Made by a program: the position numbers and the translations under genes. Positions 37,501 to 48,048 of a stretch of 64,000 bases of DNA are shown here, in pieces. The notes beneath the pieces are model-generated. The model saw only the letters and a list, made by a program, of their open reading frames with translations, was not told the origin of the DNA and ran no database searches. Each line of letters starts with the position of its first letter. The stretch's first letter is position 1. The DNA comes from an uncultured archaeon (GTDB lineage Archaea; Thermoplasmatota; Penumbrarchaeia; JASLWR01). The stretch spans positions 106,741 to 170,740 of the forward strand of contig CAYFHS010000003.1 in assembly GCA_964342815.1 (NCBI GenBank), given 5' to 3'.

Positions 37501-39380
37501 ATGGTAAGATTAATAGAGAAATTACCCATAGACTCGGAATCCAGATCTGTAAAGACGATGCTGAGCCTCGCGGAATCATCGCCGTAAATGTTCACTACTG
37601 ATTTACTGAGAGTAGGCTCGTCAATGGATGGGCTGGTGTTGTTGTAAAGAAAAATTTCATCGCTGTTATTATCGAATCCGTCAAAGTTCAAACTCGAATC
37701 TCCATCAAAAACCCCCATGTAAAGATCATATTCACCGGTTATCATGGAAGCCGGGGGATTGAATTCATAACGAATCTGCCAAATAGTTCCATTCTTTTCC
37801 ACGGTCAGTCCGTCCTCACCGTTCTTAAGACCGTCCGCAAGAACTATCTCATTATTCAGCCGGTCGCGGATCCTCAGATAAATCTCAAAATCCTGAAGAG
37901 AAAATGTATCCAGGTCTGAGAATATCCCTCGTATGACCAGATGTTCCGAACCGGTAATATTAACGCGATAGGGATCGCATGAAATAGAAAGAATCGTGGG
38001 AACATATCTTTTGACGATTGTGACCTTTCTGCTTAAGTTGAACATATTCAGATCGACCTCATGGCCCGAATCCTCGCGAAGGAGAATATTACATGCGTAT
38101 TCACCTTCGGATACTGCCTCGGAGTCTTCCGGAAAACAGGTATATGTCACGTTGTACCTGCCGTTGGGACCCTGAGTGACATTTAGTCCGGATGAATTGG
38201 ATAGGCCCTCGAAAAGTGTGATGTTGTGGTTCGTGCCGTTCAGGTAAAAGCTAAGGGTGAAATCATCGGGGGGTTGCGAATCAAGGTCATAGAACACTAT
38301 GTTAATTCCGATACCGCGATGATCGAGAATATTCACCGGTTCTTTATCAAAGGATACTGCATCTTCCCCGAAGGACGGAGGTATTGAAAGAAGCGTGAAA
38401 TTCGCTTCTTGCTCATCATAGTTCAAGATACCTTCCCATCCTCGTACATTATATACATGAAATTTCATATCATAATTACCAAAAATTAGATCAAGCGTGG
38501 GGGTCCAATTATAGAAAAAGGAAAAATTTCCGGCTGTGATCTTTTTCACAAAAAGTGAATCGTTTCCACTGGTCTTGTTGTCGAGGATTGTACTGGTTTT
38601 TGATTCGCTGTCACGTATTTCGATGATCACTTTGTACTCATATGGTTCATATTTTGGTATGTCCGAAAATTTACCGGAAATATTGATGCTGCCGTTGTAG
38701 CGATAGGTTTCCAGAGGAGCGATATTGATTTCGTCTCGGTGGATTTTCACCTCGGGTACGCCGGTGATGCTTATATCATCGATTAGCCAATACTCGGCCG
38801 CCGAAGAACTGGTGAATCTGAAGCGGATCCTTACATGACTGTTATCATCATATGCCGATAGGTCTATCTTAAACTCCCCGTAATTTCCGGTTCTCAATGC
38901 TTGACCATCCCAGTTCCCCACTGCCTGCCATGTGCCACCTCCATCACCAGATACATCCAGATGATAAAGGTCAGAGTTTTCCGTCTCTATGGTATGCTGA
39001 TAAAACGATATCTCCACATTAAAATAATTGGTCAGATCGATATTTTCCGTCAAAGTCAGAGTACTGTCCGTCACATGGGCCATGGCATTTCCACGATAGG
39101 TACCCGTTCTCGGACCGGTATTGGAAACCGACCAGCCGTTCCCTCCGATCCATGGACCGGCATCGAAATCACCCGACTCGAAACCTTCCGTGAAAACGGG
39201 TACCGGATTACCCCTTGTCAATTCCACACTTTCGGCCTTAACATTAACGGGGATTCCACCGTTTTCGCCATCAAATGAGGAATCCCTGCTGTAGTGTAGA
39301 AAAATGGAAAACTGCGAAAAGCATATGATCAGGGCCATTAGACCCGCAGCGACCGAAAAATTTCTCCCCGACGGAGTCAT
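34521..39380 (-). CDS. 1619-aa membrane-anchored surface glycoprotein (MAM-like domain, four FnIII-like repeats, acidic Pro-rich cytoplasmic tail)
   Basis: Signal peptide, EGFESG..W domain, four P....W.GA.D....Y.I.IG.....Y.V.V...DG..YS repeats, TM helix, E/D/P-rich tail. Confidence 0.82.
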   Translation of the reverse strand: MTPSGRNFSVAAGLMALIICFSQFSIFLHYSRDSSFDGENGGIPVNVKAESVELTRGNPVPVFTEGFESGDFDAGPWIGGNGWSVSNTGPRTGTYRGNAMAHVTDSTLTLTENIDLTNYFNVEISFYQHTIETENSDLYHLDVSGDGGGTWQAVGNWDGQALRTGNYGEFKIDLSAYDDNSHVRIRFRFTSSSAAEYWLIDDISITGVPEVKIHRDEINIAPLETYRYNGSINISGKFSDIPKYEPYEYKVIIEIRDSESKTSTILDNKTSGNDSLFVKKITAGNFSFFYNWTPTLDLIFGNYDMKFHVYNVRGWEGILNYDEQEANFTLLSIPPSFGEDAVSFDKEPVNILDHRGIGINIVFYDLDSQPPDDFTLSFYLNGTNHNITLFEGLSNSSGLNVTQGPNGRYNVTYTCFPEDSEAVSEGEYACNILLREDSGHEVDLNMFNLSRKVTIVKRYVPTILSISCDPYRVNITGSEHLVIRGIFSDLDTFSLQDFEIYLRIRDRLNNEIVLADGLKNGEDGLTVEKNGTIWQIRYEFNPPASMITGEYDLYMGVFDGDSSLNFDGFDNNSDEIFLYNNTSPSIDEPTLSKSVVNIYGDDSARLSIVFTDLDSESMGNFSINLTIRDQEGNEFILVDGEMEGPNASIPYLAPVDGLSYIFSYDIDPDTSFTEGSYGLSFNVRDKWGGIDGLAYGENDLNLTFFYNYIPSPPSKIWPNSTTDKLPLISWWGALDLETPHEELEYSIRIGTSGVDDNVLPWYSTGHSTTYQVLEELAVGVYHIQVKSFDGDFYSEVSSSIMTIASDGNHPPGVPGTISPLYTIRRDPTITWGACTDLDVNDLIEYFISIGTDWHASDIIKSTPTSVNTIYQLPFMLQYGTYYVQVMATDGYEFSPVREQRIIIFDPSDNIEPFPPKSLAPTVTRNPSPMIRWEGAVDLNGDDLLFWFQMGSGPGSGDLIPWRSTGEDNFFQIEDSLTPGDYHVQVKCYDGMAFSGVFEAVLQVKAPRKISGPTEIMPGNSIDPTPLINWSGAHYSDSPGTDVNFSYQIRIGSDPSLGDILPWTLVSNATSFQVEKPIKRGDTVYVEIKAFDGHQYSEVSLFALRIGDFSITVGFNETNYIYTITGETNQTIRGFIKNSGRDDVTVELGLGGTFAKYVKVPGEPLHIKSGEMMSVILTVNIPDSANVNRDSVIVLIATSTDGSTAQSELLGFAREDVEEESWTSSLGMNLNLILGSIVLLLALFILLILIIKRAKRGKRERFEVIEVRKRSEGVVIDDLIPTSIYSTQRLSDRRTFEALDKTLLKMFKAHGIRTKSRVKGQKGKALSDGKALANGKGGKKTPALPPPAPGTTDPEEVKKMPPPPGERVEFLPPGEDVTQEELPPPEMEYIPPEVSDKAPVAIGDTIVDAEEITEKIPEPDEISKQPVESEADTAEIPLVDDVTGDEIPEGLAETPEDVSAADVEADAKTMGELSEDTGSLEPAEDDADSGMPDAAPIEPDIGEAGDAVQPTETDESHVDEEPAHPADSDETLDTPDISPEPAGPEAPEAVEAEPEPEIPLTEAEITEPSGEDPATTDTPLPPESMDGAPEVKKEDAATAAGDDSSALDDIMDILGIDEEE

Positions 39381-39506
39381 ACTATCACCATATTTCTTCA
39401 GTAATTTTAATAGTAAAGTATAGCGAGATGGTCCTATTTCAGTAATAAATCTAACGGGTATATTAACGATTAGCTAGATGTAGACCGATTTCAGCTTCCG
39501 CTTGCA

Positions 39507-41204
39507 TCATCCCAAGAGGGATTTTATCACCCAAGGAGCCAGCTTGGACATTACCGCTCCGATCCAGATCATTATGACAAAATTCAAGAACGCACCGTAT
39601 TTGTGACCGGCAGCTATAATGATGTGGATGAGCGCAGTTATGCCTGCGTGGACGATCACGAGAACGAACATCAAATTGATGAAAAGATCCAGGTTATATG
39701 CCTGTGAAAAAAGTACTTCCACCTCGATATAGCTTTTATCCGCTCCTGTTTTCGTTACAAGAGCCTCCAGTACCTCCACAAGGGCCGAAGCCATGAACAT
39801 GACGATACTTATAACGATGGCGATACCTATAAAGAGACCAGAAAGAGAGGATGCTATCGTATACCTCTTTTGTCGAAGCCCCAGCAATTTTGTGAAATTG
39901 AAGGAAATAATGTTCGCAGCTTTTCCGGGCTTACCTCCTGCCTCGAGACCCCTGACGAACATTCCCGAAAACTTCGTAATGAGGTCCGAACCAGTTTCAG
40001 CCCCGAAATATTTCCATGAAAGAACCGGATCTATACGCAGATTAACTCTGTCATAAAGGGCCTTCACGTTCTGGGTAAGGGGCCCGAAATCATGATTGAG
40101 CAATCTCTTCAATGCCTGGACCGGGGCAATGGAACTTGTCTCCGTGGTGGAGCCTAGAGAACGGATGAACGCTGCAAAGTTGTTATCTCTCCTGATGATC
40201 TCCTCTTCCATCTTCCTCGTATAATAACCCGTAACCATAAGAGGCGACAAGGTTATTGCAGTGCTTATGGGAAAACTATTCCCCACCAATGGCAGAGTAT
40301 GATCCATGAATACGAAAATGATTATACCCATAATTACACAGGCTCCCAGAGAGCCGACGAAGTAAAAATCTAGTTTCTGACTAACCTTTGTCCGCAAGTC
40401 CGTATCCTCCCATACCCTCTCACGGGGTACGTAGGCCACGAAGACGTAGAGCATCAGACATTCAACAGCTATGAAGAGCAAGGCCGAAAGGTAGAACATA
40501 GCAGTGGTATTGATCCCCAGAATAAAGGGCAGAAGAGCCACTATCAGGATAAGGAAGGTCATCACCATTGAAATGGCAATGAATATCTCCCCTGCCATGG
40601 CTATTGTGTCGGCAGCCTGCCCGTAGAGAACCTTGTATTGTTCGAGTATTATCTCCTGCTCGGCTGCAAAGAAGTCTTTGGGTTCCTCGCCGGATTCCAC
40701 CGCATATGCCAATCTCTCAAGGAAATCGCCGAACATGATGGAGGGCGTTGATTTCGCAATACGCCTGCAGGCATCCCCGATGGAGAGGCCCCATTTATCC
40801 AACAAGACATATATCTTGTTGATCTCTCGAGCGAGTTCGCCGTATTCCTTCATTTCCAGCATGATGTCGAATATCCCCTTTCGGGATATATCTGATGTGG
40901 AAAGGACACCAACCCGGGTGATGAACAAGTGCATCTCCTGCTCGATCCTTTTCCTCCGGTTCTGCCATTTCGCAAATGGTAACAGAATGAATATGGAGAT
41001 GATAACCGCCACAGATATGGAAAATAGGATCACGAGATAGGGGCCGCCGAATATATTCGGGAGAAGAACGACCATGAGAATAAAACAGAGGGCCGACCCT
41101 AAAATGGTTGGCAGTGCCATACGGAAAATATATTTAGTGGGGTCAATGTTGGAATCTTGGAGGCTCCGGATCCAAACAGGTTTCAAATCATCGCCCTCCC
41201 ACAT
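39507..41204 (-). CDS. arlJ: Archaellum membrane platform protein ArlJ/FlaJ
   Basis: Polytopic T2SS-F-like protein, DFLERLAYAVESG. TGATG coupling to arlI places the start at 41204. Confidence 0.93.
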   Translation of the reverse strand: MWEGDDLKPVWIRSLQDSNIDPTKYIFRMALPTILGSALCFILMVVLLPNIFGGPYLVILFSISVAVIISIFILLPFAKWQNRRKRIEQEMHLFITRVGVLSTSDISRKGIFDIMLEMKEYGELAREINKIYVLLDKWGLSIGDACRRIAKSTPSIMFGDFLERLAYAVESGEEPKDFFAAEQEIILEQYKVLYGQAADTIAMAGEIFIAISMVMTFLILIVALLPFILGINTTAMFYLSALLFIAVECLMLYVFVAYVPRERVWEDTDLRTKVSQKLDFYFVGSLGACVIMGIIIFVFMDHTLPLVGNSFPISTAITLSPLMVTGYYTRKMEEEIIRRDNNFAAFIRSLGSTTETSSIAPVQALKRLLNHDFGPLTQNVKALYDRVNLRIDPVLSWKYFGAETGSDLITKFSGMFVRGLEAGGKPGKAANIISFNFTKLLGLRQKRYTIASSLSGLFIGIAIVISIVMFMASALVEVLEALVTKTGADKSYIEVEVLFSQAYNLDLFINLMFVLVIVHAGITALIHIIIAAGHKYGAFLNFVIMIWIGAVMSKLAPWVIKSLLG

Positions 41205-42865
41205 CAGCTTCGGTACTTCGAGGGTAGAGCATTCCATCCCCTCTCGTAGAATGTCTTGAATATCGTACGCACTTCGTCATAACCCACGAGGTTATCGTCC
41301 GCGAGATTCTGTATGAACTTCTTTCTCTTCATCATCTCGTCGTAGATGTCCCGAATATTCGGAAGACCCATTATGGGTGCGACCTTGTTCTCCAGAATGT
41401 GACTGTTGTACATACCCCTGAAACTGTGAACGTCCGATACCGGGTCCCACTGGAATACGGCCCTGTTCAGCACACCGCCCTTGACGCTGGAGAATCCGAT
41501 TATCTCCTCGATTGAAGAGCACCTCCGCACTATCATTCCGCCTCGATAGATCAGCTCCTGGAAGCAGGCTATGTTTAGATTGTCCATGAAACGAATGGGA
41601 ACGCGGATGGGATCGCCTGTGAATCTCTGGATCATCTTCTGAATTGATGAAGCGTGGAAGGTGGAAAGGACCGCATGTCCGGTCTGTATAGCCTGGAATG
41701 CCACGGCCCCCTCGACGCCGCGTATCTCACCCACTATGATGTAGTCCGGGCGTGAACGGAGAGCCGCCTTAATGAGATCGAAAAGAGTGACACGGGACGC
41801 TTCGGGCCCCGATTCACGGGTGATCAACCTTTGCCAGACCGGGTGCGGAACAATAACCTCGGGGGTATCTTCCGCTGTAAATATCTTGGAATTGTAGTTA
41901 ATAAAATTCAGCATGGAGTTTAGTGAAGTGGTCTTGCCGCTTGCAGTCTCTCCGCTCATGAAAAGCGACATCTTGTGCTCGAGACATAGCCACACATAGG
42001 CGGCCATTGCAGCGCTGAAGGTCCCCCATTTTATCAGCTGTATCATGGTCGGCGGCCTTTCGGCGAACTTCCGGATCGTGAAGGATGCACCGCCCTTGGA
42101 AACGTCCTCACTGTAAATGATATTGATACGGGAACCATCAGGTAGCGCGCCGTCAACCACAGGTGAAGAATCGCTCACAGGCCGCCCGATCCTCTCACTC
42201 ATGTTACGTAGAAATTTATCCAGTTCCGGTAGTGACTGGAAGGCAACGTTGGTAGGGGTCATACCCAGTACCTTGTGGACGATATTGACATTGGTGATTC
42301 CTATGGCATGGATATCCTCGATGAAGGGGTCGCGAATGAGAGGTTCCAGAGGACCGTGCTCCAGAAGGTCTCTGAAAATGTGGTATCGTATATTGTCGTA
42401 CTCCTTCTTGGTGACGAAAACACCACCGCCCTTAAGCCTGCTGAAGAAACCCTGCCTTTTCGTAAATGCAATGCTCTCTTTTAACAGCGTCTCCAGGAGC
42501 TTTTCCATGTTTTCCTCTTCCCCCTCCCCTTCGACGGATGCCTTTCTCGTGGGCGCCATGTCGAGAATGTTATTCAAGATCTTTTCTTTCTTCCCCATTT
42601 CGGTGGCATTCAATATGGGCTCGATCCCAATGTAATATATGCGGTCCCGCTCTACGTTCGTTATGTGGATGAAAACAGGATCTCCCACGGGATATATTAT
42701 GTTCACAACAGGTTTTCCCCGCACCATGTCCTTCGTAATGTAACCCTCGAACCCAACCTTGGCCTTGGTTTTCTTTTCGAACTTTTCAATATACTCTTTC
42801 AAGTGGGGATTCCTTTTTCTCGCAATCGAAAATGCATCAGAATCTATTTTTTCAGCCGGTGACAT
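41204..42865 (-). CDS. arlI: Archaellum motor ATPase ArlI/FlaI
   Basis: GETASGKT, EDTPE, ALRSRPDYIIVGEIRG and TGH..STFHA motifs. Confidence 0.96.
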   Translation of the reverse strand: MSPAEKIDSDAFSIARKRNPHLKEYIEKFEKKTKAKVGFEGYITKDMVRGKPVVNIIYPVGDPVFIHITNVERDRIYYIGIEPILNATEMGKKEKILNNILDMAPTRKASVEGEGEEENMEKLLETLLKESIAFTKRQGFFSRLKGGGVFVTKKEYDNIRYHIFRDLLEHGPLEPLIRDPFIEDIHAIGITNVNIVHKVLGMTPTNVAFQSLPELDKFLRNMSERIGRPVSDSSPVVDGALPDGSRINIIYSEDVSKGGASFTIRKFAERPPTMIQLIKWGTFSAAMAAYVWLCLEHKMSLFMSGETASGKTTSLNSMLNFINYNSKIFTAEDTPEVIVPHPVWQRLITRESGPEASRVTLFDLIKAALRSRPDYIIVGEIRGVEGAVAFQAIQTGHAVLSTFHASSIQKMIQRFTGDPIRVPIRFMDNLNIACFQELIYRGGMIVRRCSSIEEIIGFSSVKGGVLNRAVFQWDPVSDVHSFRGMYNSHILENKVAPIMGLPNIRDIYDEMMKRKKFIQNLADDNLVGYDEVRTIFKTFYERGWNALPSKYRS

Positions 42866-42880
42866 GATTGCGCCCTTTTC

Positions 42881-43585
42881 CTATGCTACACTGGTAATAT
42901 CAACTATGAATCCCGCCCCCGGAACGACCCTGAATCCCACGGTATCCCTTACAGGTCCCGATGCGGCACTGAATCTTTTTACGAACATAGTATGCTCGAG
43001 ATTTCCCTCCACTGCCTCTGATTTCAGTTCGATGTATATATCACAAACGGACCGGAAAGGTGCCACAACACTCTCGCTCAATTCATCAGGATCCATAGTT
43101 ATTATTATGTTCTTGCTTTGTCCGGATAGTTTTTGAAAGAAACCGATCACCATGAAAGCCCTTTCCTCGTCTATATCGTTCTTGATGAGAGAAGAGAAAG
43201 TATCCATCATGATTACGTCGCTGCTGTACAGCTGCTTGGTGTTCATCAAGCGGCCAAGGAAATCCTCCCTGGCCATTGCCTGTCCGAAAAGTGGGAATAC
43301 CGGGATGAATTTCAATCTCCCGTCCAGAAGATACTCCATAACGTCATAATCCAATGACCTCATCTGGTCGATGAAACCCTTGGTGGTAAGCTCGGTGGAG
43401 ATCAGGGTTACCTTTATACCGTTCTTCAGAAGTGAATACGCCAACCTCTGGCAAACGGCACTCTTTCCCGCACCGTCCTTGCCTGTCATCAAAAGGGTCG
43501 TTCCCTTCGGCAGACCGCCTCCTCCGAACTGCGTATGCAGGTTGTCCCGCTCAAGGGTTATAGATAGATAATCGTCTTCTTCCAC
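42881..43585 (-). CDS. arlH: Archaellum KaiC-like ATPase ArlH/FlaH
   Basis: GKDGAGKS, ISTELTTKGFIDQMRSLDY and F.V.PG.G...DI motifs. Confidence 0.95.
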   Translation of the reverse strand: MEEDDYLSITLERDNLHTQFGGGGLPKGTTLLMTGKDGAGKSAVCQRLAYSLLKNGIKVTLISTELTTKGFIDQMRSLDYDVMEYLLDGRLKFIPVFPLFGQAMAREDFLGRLMNTKQLYSSDVIMMDTFSSLIKNDIDEERAFMVIGFFQKLSGQSKNIIITMDPDELSESVVAPFRSVCDIYIELKSEAVEGNLEHTMFVKRFSAASGPVRDTVGFRVVPGAGFIVDITSVA

Positions 43586-43595
43586 GGCTGAATCA

Positions 43596-44099
43596 CTACT
43601 CGCTTACCTCGGTTATTCTGAAATATGTGGAATCGCCCACGTTGGAAAACTCGGAGGCAATGATCTTCATATGATATTGATTCCCCTCCTCGAGATAGGA
43701 AGGTGCGGTTATGTTATAGGTGAGACGAAGCGTCATACCAGGTAAAAATGCACTACCGCTGAGCAAGGTCATGTCGGTGGGAATATAATCCGGATCTTTT
43801 ATGTTGGGACCTGTAAGGAACATAAGGAACGTGTAGTTCACACCTGAGAAATATATTTCTCTTGATCCGACGTTCTTTATATAAACCGTGAGATTACGAC
43901 TGGTGTCATTGTAAGGTACCATTGTCACATCGTTCTCTATGGAGATGTCAGAGGACAACTCGCCAGCCATGCTTCTACCGCTGCTCTCAAGCCTATCGGC
44001 CACCTCTAAAACCGAACTTACCATCACTCCCGATATGGCTGTCGCGGCGATAACCGCCGCAATGAACCAAATGATGTGCGACGCAGATGTTGCAGCCAT
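43596..44099 (-). CDS. arlG: Archaellum stator protein ArlG/FlaG
   Basis: MAATSASHIIWFIAAVIAA N-terminal helix, SDISIEND, YIKNVG. Confidence 0.9.
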   Translation of the reverse strand: MAATSASHIIWFIAAVIAATAISGVMVSSVLEVADRLESSGRSMAGELSSDISIENDVTMVPYNDTSRNLTVYIKNVGSREIYFSGVNYTFLMFLTGPNIKDPDYIPTDMTLLSGSAFLPGMTLRLTYNITAPSYLEEGNQYHMKIIASEFSNVGDSTYFRITEVSE

Positions 44100-44137
44100 T
44101 AATCATCCTTCCTGATTTATAGGGTCATTATCAATAC

Positions 44138-44596
44138 TCACTCAATGGTCTCATATATCGATATCCCGTTGGGACAGCATAGTTTTATTTTGACTGGTAG
44201 GTCCAGTGGAGCCGACGTCAAATCCACAGTTATATTCACAATTTCCATAGGACCCCATATATCCGTATTCGTCATTGCCTGACCCGTTGGGTCCGAAACA
44301 ATGTATGTTTTGTTGTAATGTGTTCCGTTCAGATAAACGTCCGTATACCGGAGGTCTATAACTGTGGAACCGTTGTTCGAAACGTTCATACTCACTATAT
44401 TCGAGGGAGCGGCGAAGTACGACGTATTTACAAATGCTACAGATGTATCTAGCAGTTCACGATTCCTTTTGACATTATCCCGCCTTGCCTCCTCTACCAC
44501 CCGTTCCTTGGCATCTTCAGCGTACCAGACTATTCCGAAAGAGATTATCGCAGTGACAAAGATCACTCCTGCGGCCATAGAGACGCTGATGCCCAT
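44138..44596 (-). CDS. arlF: Archaellum stator protein ArlF/FlaF
   Basis: MGISVSMAAGVIFV, V.NNGSTVI, VYLNG, W.P.E and KL...NG motifs. Confidence 0.88.
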   Translation of the reverse strand: MGISVSMAAGVIFVTAIISFGIVWYAEDAKERVVEEARRDNVKRNRELLDTSVAFVNTSYFAAPSNIVSMNVSNNGSTVIDLRYTDVYLNGTHYNKTYIVSDPTGQAMTNTDIWGPMEIVNITVDLTSAPLDLPVKIKLCCPNGISIYETIE

Positions 44597-44611
44597 GGCA
44601 TACCTCCGCTA

Positions 44612-45745
44612 TCACTCCTTAGAATAGTATTTTAAGATCTCTTCGATATATTCCAGGGATTTGGAATGATCCTCGATGGATAATTTCCAGCCGTCACTCT
44701 GGCCGATTACGGCACCGTCCTCTGAAATATATATATCGCCTTCCATGTGTTCCAGATTGGGTTCCGATTTCGCGCCAGTTAGAAAGTTCATCGTCGTGAT
44801 CTCGATATCCTCGTTGATCCAGTCTATCTCCCGGTAATACTTCAAGAGATTGGGTATGTCCTCCTGCCTTATCTTCGATGTAAGGAACTGGATCCATTTC
44901 AACACGCTGGCCTCAAAGTAGAACTGTCTTCGCGAGGAGGGGATGGTCACATTCCTTGGCTTCTCAGGCGCAAGCTCGCCGTCAAACCGTTCCTCCGCTC
45001 CAAGCAGCTCATCAGGCATTCCCTCTACTTTCAGACGGACCTTCTCTACGTTATCCTCTATGCCATCCCAACGAAATACTTCCGGCGAATTCCCTATACC
45101 GTCCATGTCGATGAAGGGATTTATCTGGGCGGATATAAGATCGTAGAGGGCAGCCAGTTCCCTCATGGTCTTGTCCACCTTGACATAGGAATCCCGTGTC
45201 TCTTCCAGTTCCTTTATGATTAGGTCCACCCTTGAATATCCTTCTTTGATAAGTTGCAGGTCCGAGAGTACCGAGACCATGGATTCATTTGTTGATGATA
45301 CCTTCGTTTCAAGTTTAGAAACATCTTTCTCGATATTGGAAAACCTCGCCTCAGCCTTCGGGTCCATGGTCAGGACTACCTCTCCGAGAGAAGCTCTAAC
45401 TACCTCTTTTTCACCGCGTTCCTCCTTCTTTTCCTCTTTCTGCTTTTCCATCCCGGTCACCTTCGGCGAACCCACCTCGATCTCGAAACGATCGAACTTG
45501 TATTCTTTTTTTGCTTTTGGTTCGCGTTCCTTCGGGGACTTTTCCCCATCAGGTGGTTTCCCCCTTGGACGTCCCCTGCCAGGAGGTCTCTTTCCAGGGG
45601 GTCTTCTTTCTCCCCTCTTTGGAGGTCTTCTCTTGTCCCGTGGAGGCCCTCGACGCCTAGACGCCTTGCTTCGGTCGCCCGGAGGTGCTCTTCTCGGCGG
45701 ACCGCGCGAAGCCTTTCCCTCTTCCTTCTTGGAGAACATCATCAT
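44612..45745 (-). CDS. arlCDE: ArlC/D/E fusion with an Arg/Pro-rich N-terminal extension
   Basis: FlaC-like coiled coil ending LYDLISAQINPF; FlaD/E-like KW..FL....LL.YY..IDWI and DH..SL.YI. GGAG SD before ATG 45745. Confidence 0.85.
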   Translation of the reverse strand: MMMFSKKEEGKASRGPPRRAPPGDRSKASRRRGPPRDKRRPPKRGERRPPGKRPPGRGRPRGKPPDGEKSPKEREPKAKKEYKFDRFEIEVGSPKVTGMEKQKEEKKEERGEKEVVRASLGEVVLTMDPKAEARFSNIEKDVSKLETKVSSTNESMVSVLSDLQLIKEGYSRVDLIIKELEETRDSYVKVDKTMRELAALYDLISAQINPFIDMDGIGNSPEVFRWDGIEDNVEKVRLKVEGMPDELLGAEERFDGELAPEKPRNVTIPSSRRQFYFEASVLKWIQFLTSKIRQEDIPNLLKYYREIDWINEDIEITTMNFLTGAKSEPNLEHMEGDIYISEDGAVIGQSDGWKLSIEDHSKSLEYIEEILKYYSKE

Positions 45746-45791
45746 GTTAGTACTCCCGCTGATACCCATAAGGGCAATGATCGTAAAATTG

Positions 45792-45807
45792 AAAAAAGAA
45801 AAAAAAA
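45792..45807 (-). terminator. Archaeal oligo-U terminator/attenuator after arlB
   Basis: T9-C-T6 on the minus strand, 14 nt after the arlB stop. Confidence 0.6.
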
Positions 45808-45821
45808 GATAGGTAAAGTCC

Positions 45822-46505
45822 TTAGTAGAACTCTACCCATCCGCCGCCTGCCGGGAAGGACCCGGGTACGTTCCATCCTTCGATGGTGGGTGTCATACCG
45901 CTGGAGATCACGAATTTGAACATACCAGAGGATGACTGGTCAAGTCCCTCATCTACTCCAAACTGACCCGCCGGTATCAAAGGATTCTCTAATATTTCCC
46001 AACAGGATACGTTGAGCATAATCAGTGAATCCTGATCCAGTATGCCGCTATTCTGAAATGATCTATGGGGATCAACTATGGCAGTTGCTGCGAATTTTGC
46101 ATTCATACCATCTTGGGCAGCCTTGGTGTTGTTTGCCTCCACCAGGTCAATGGTTCCGCCGGTTGCTCCAAGTGGTTCGGCGTCCTGCCAGGTCATATGG
46201 ATCGTCAGTTCTTTGTAGACGTCGATGCCATCGGTACCTGCATGGAGAGCCAGGTAAATCCGAAGATCGGATATTGTTCCACCGGTTCCATTGACCAAAC
46301 CTTCGACATGCTGGACCTTTATTCCACCGGATACATCCTGAGTGGCCTCAGAACCCGTTTTCTGTGCTCTGTCTTGCAGACTGCCAGAGGTGTTGATCAA
46401 CACTGCTGCAGCTATTGCTGCCACGAGTACCATCGCTATGAATACGATAAGCGTACCGATACCCACGGCACCATTCTCTTTCTTTCCGAATCTTGTTTTT
46501 TCCAT
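45822..46505 (-). CDS. arlB: Archaellin
   Basis: Class III signal peptide KKENG|[39 protein letters not shown] before ATG 46505. Confidence 0.97.
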   Translation of the reverse strand: MEKTRFGKKENGAVGIGTLIVFIAMVLVAAIAAAVLINTSGSLQDRAQKTGSEATQDVSGGIKVQHVEGLVNGTGGTISDLRIYLALHAGTDGIDVYKELTIHMTWQDAEPLGATGGTIDLVEANNTKAAQDGMNAKFAATAIVDPHRSFQNSGILDQDSLIMLNVSCWEILENPLIPAGQFGVDEGLDQSSSGMFKFVISSGMTPTIEGWNVPGSFPAGGGWVEFY

Positions 46506-46572
46506 TATTCTCACCTTTTTACTTGCTTTTTACCTTCTGGTTTTTTATTTTCTGGTTATATACTATGCTCGT

Positions 46573-46588
46573 GATATAAATCTTTTTC
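46573..46588 (-). promoter_or_regulatory. Putative BRE/TATA promoter of arlB
   Basis: Minus strand GAAAAAGA-TTTATATC, about 70 nt upstream of the ATG. Confidence 0.55.
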
Positions 46589-46638
46589 TGCTGAAGGCAT
46601 TATGATAGAATCGATGTTCAGTCATCCTATTTTCTCTA

Positions 46639-48040
<1,402 letters not shown>

Positions 48041-48048
<8 letters not shown>

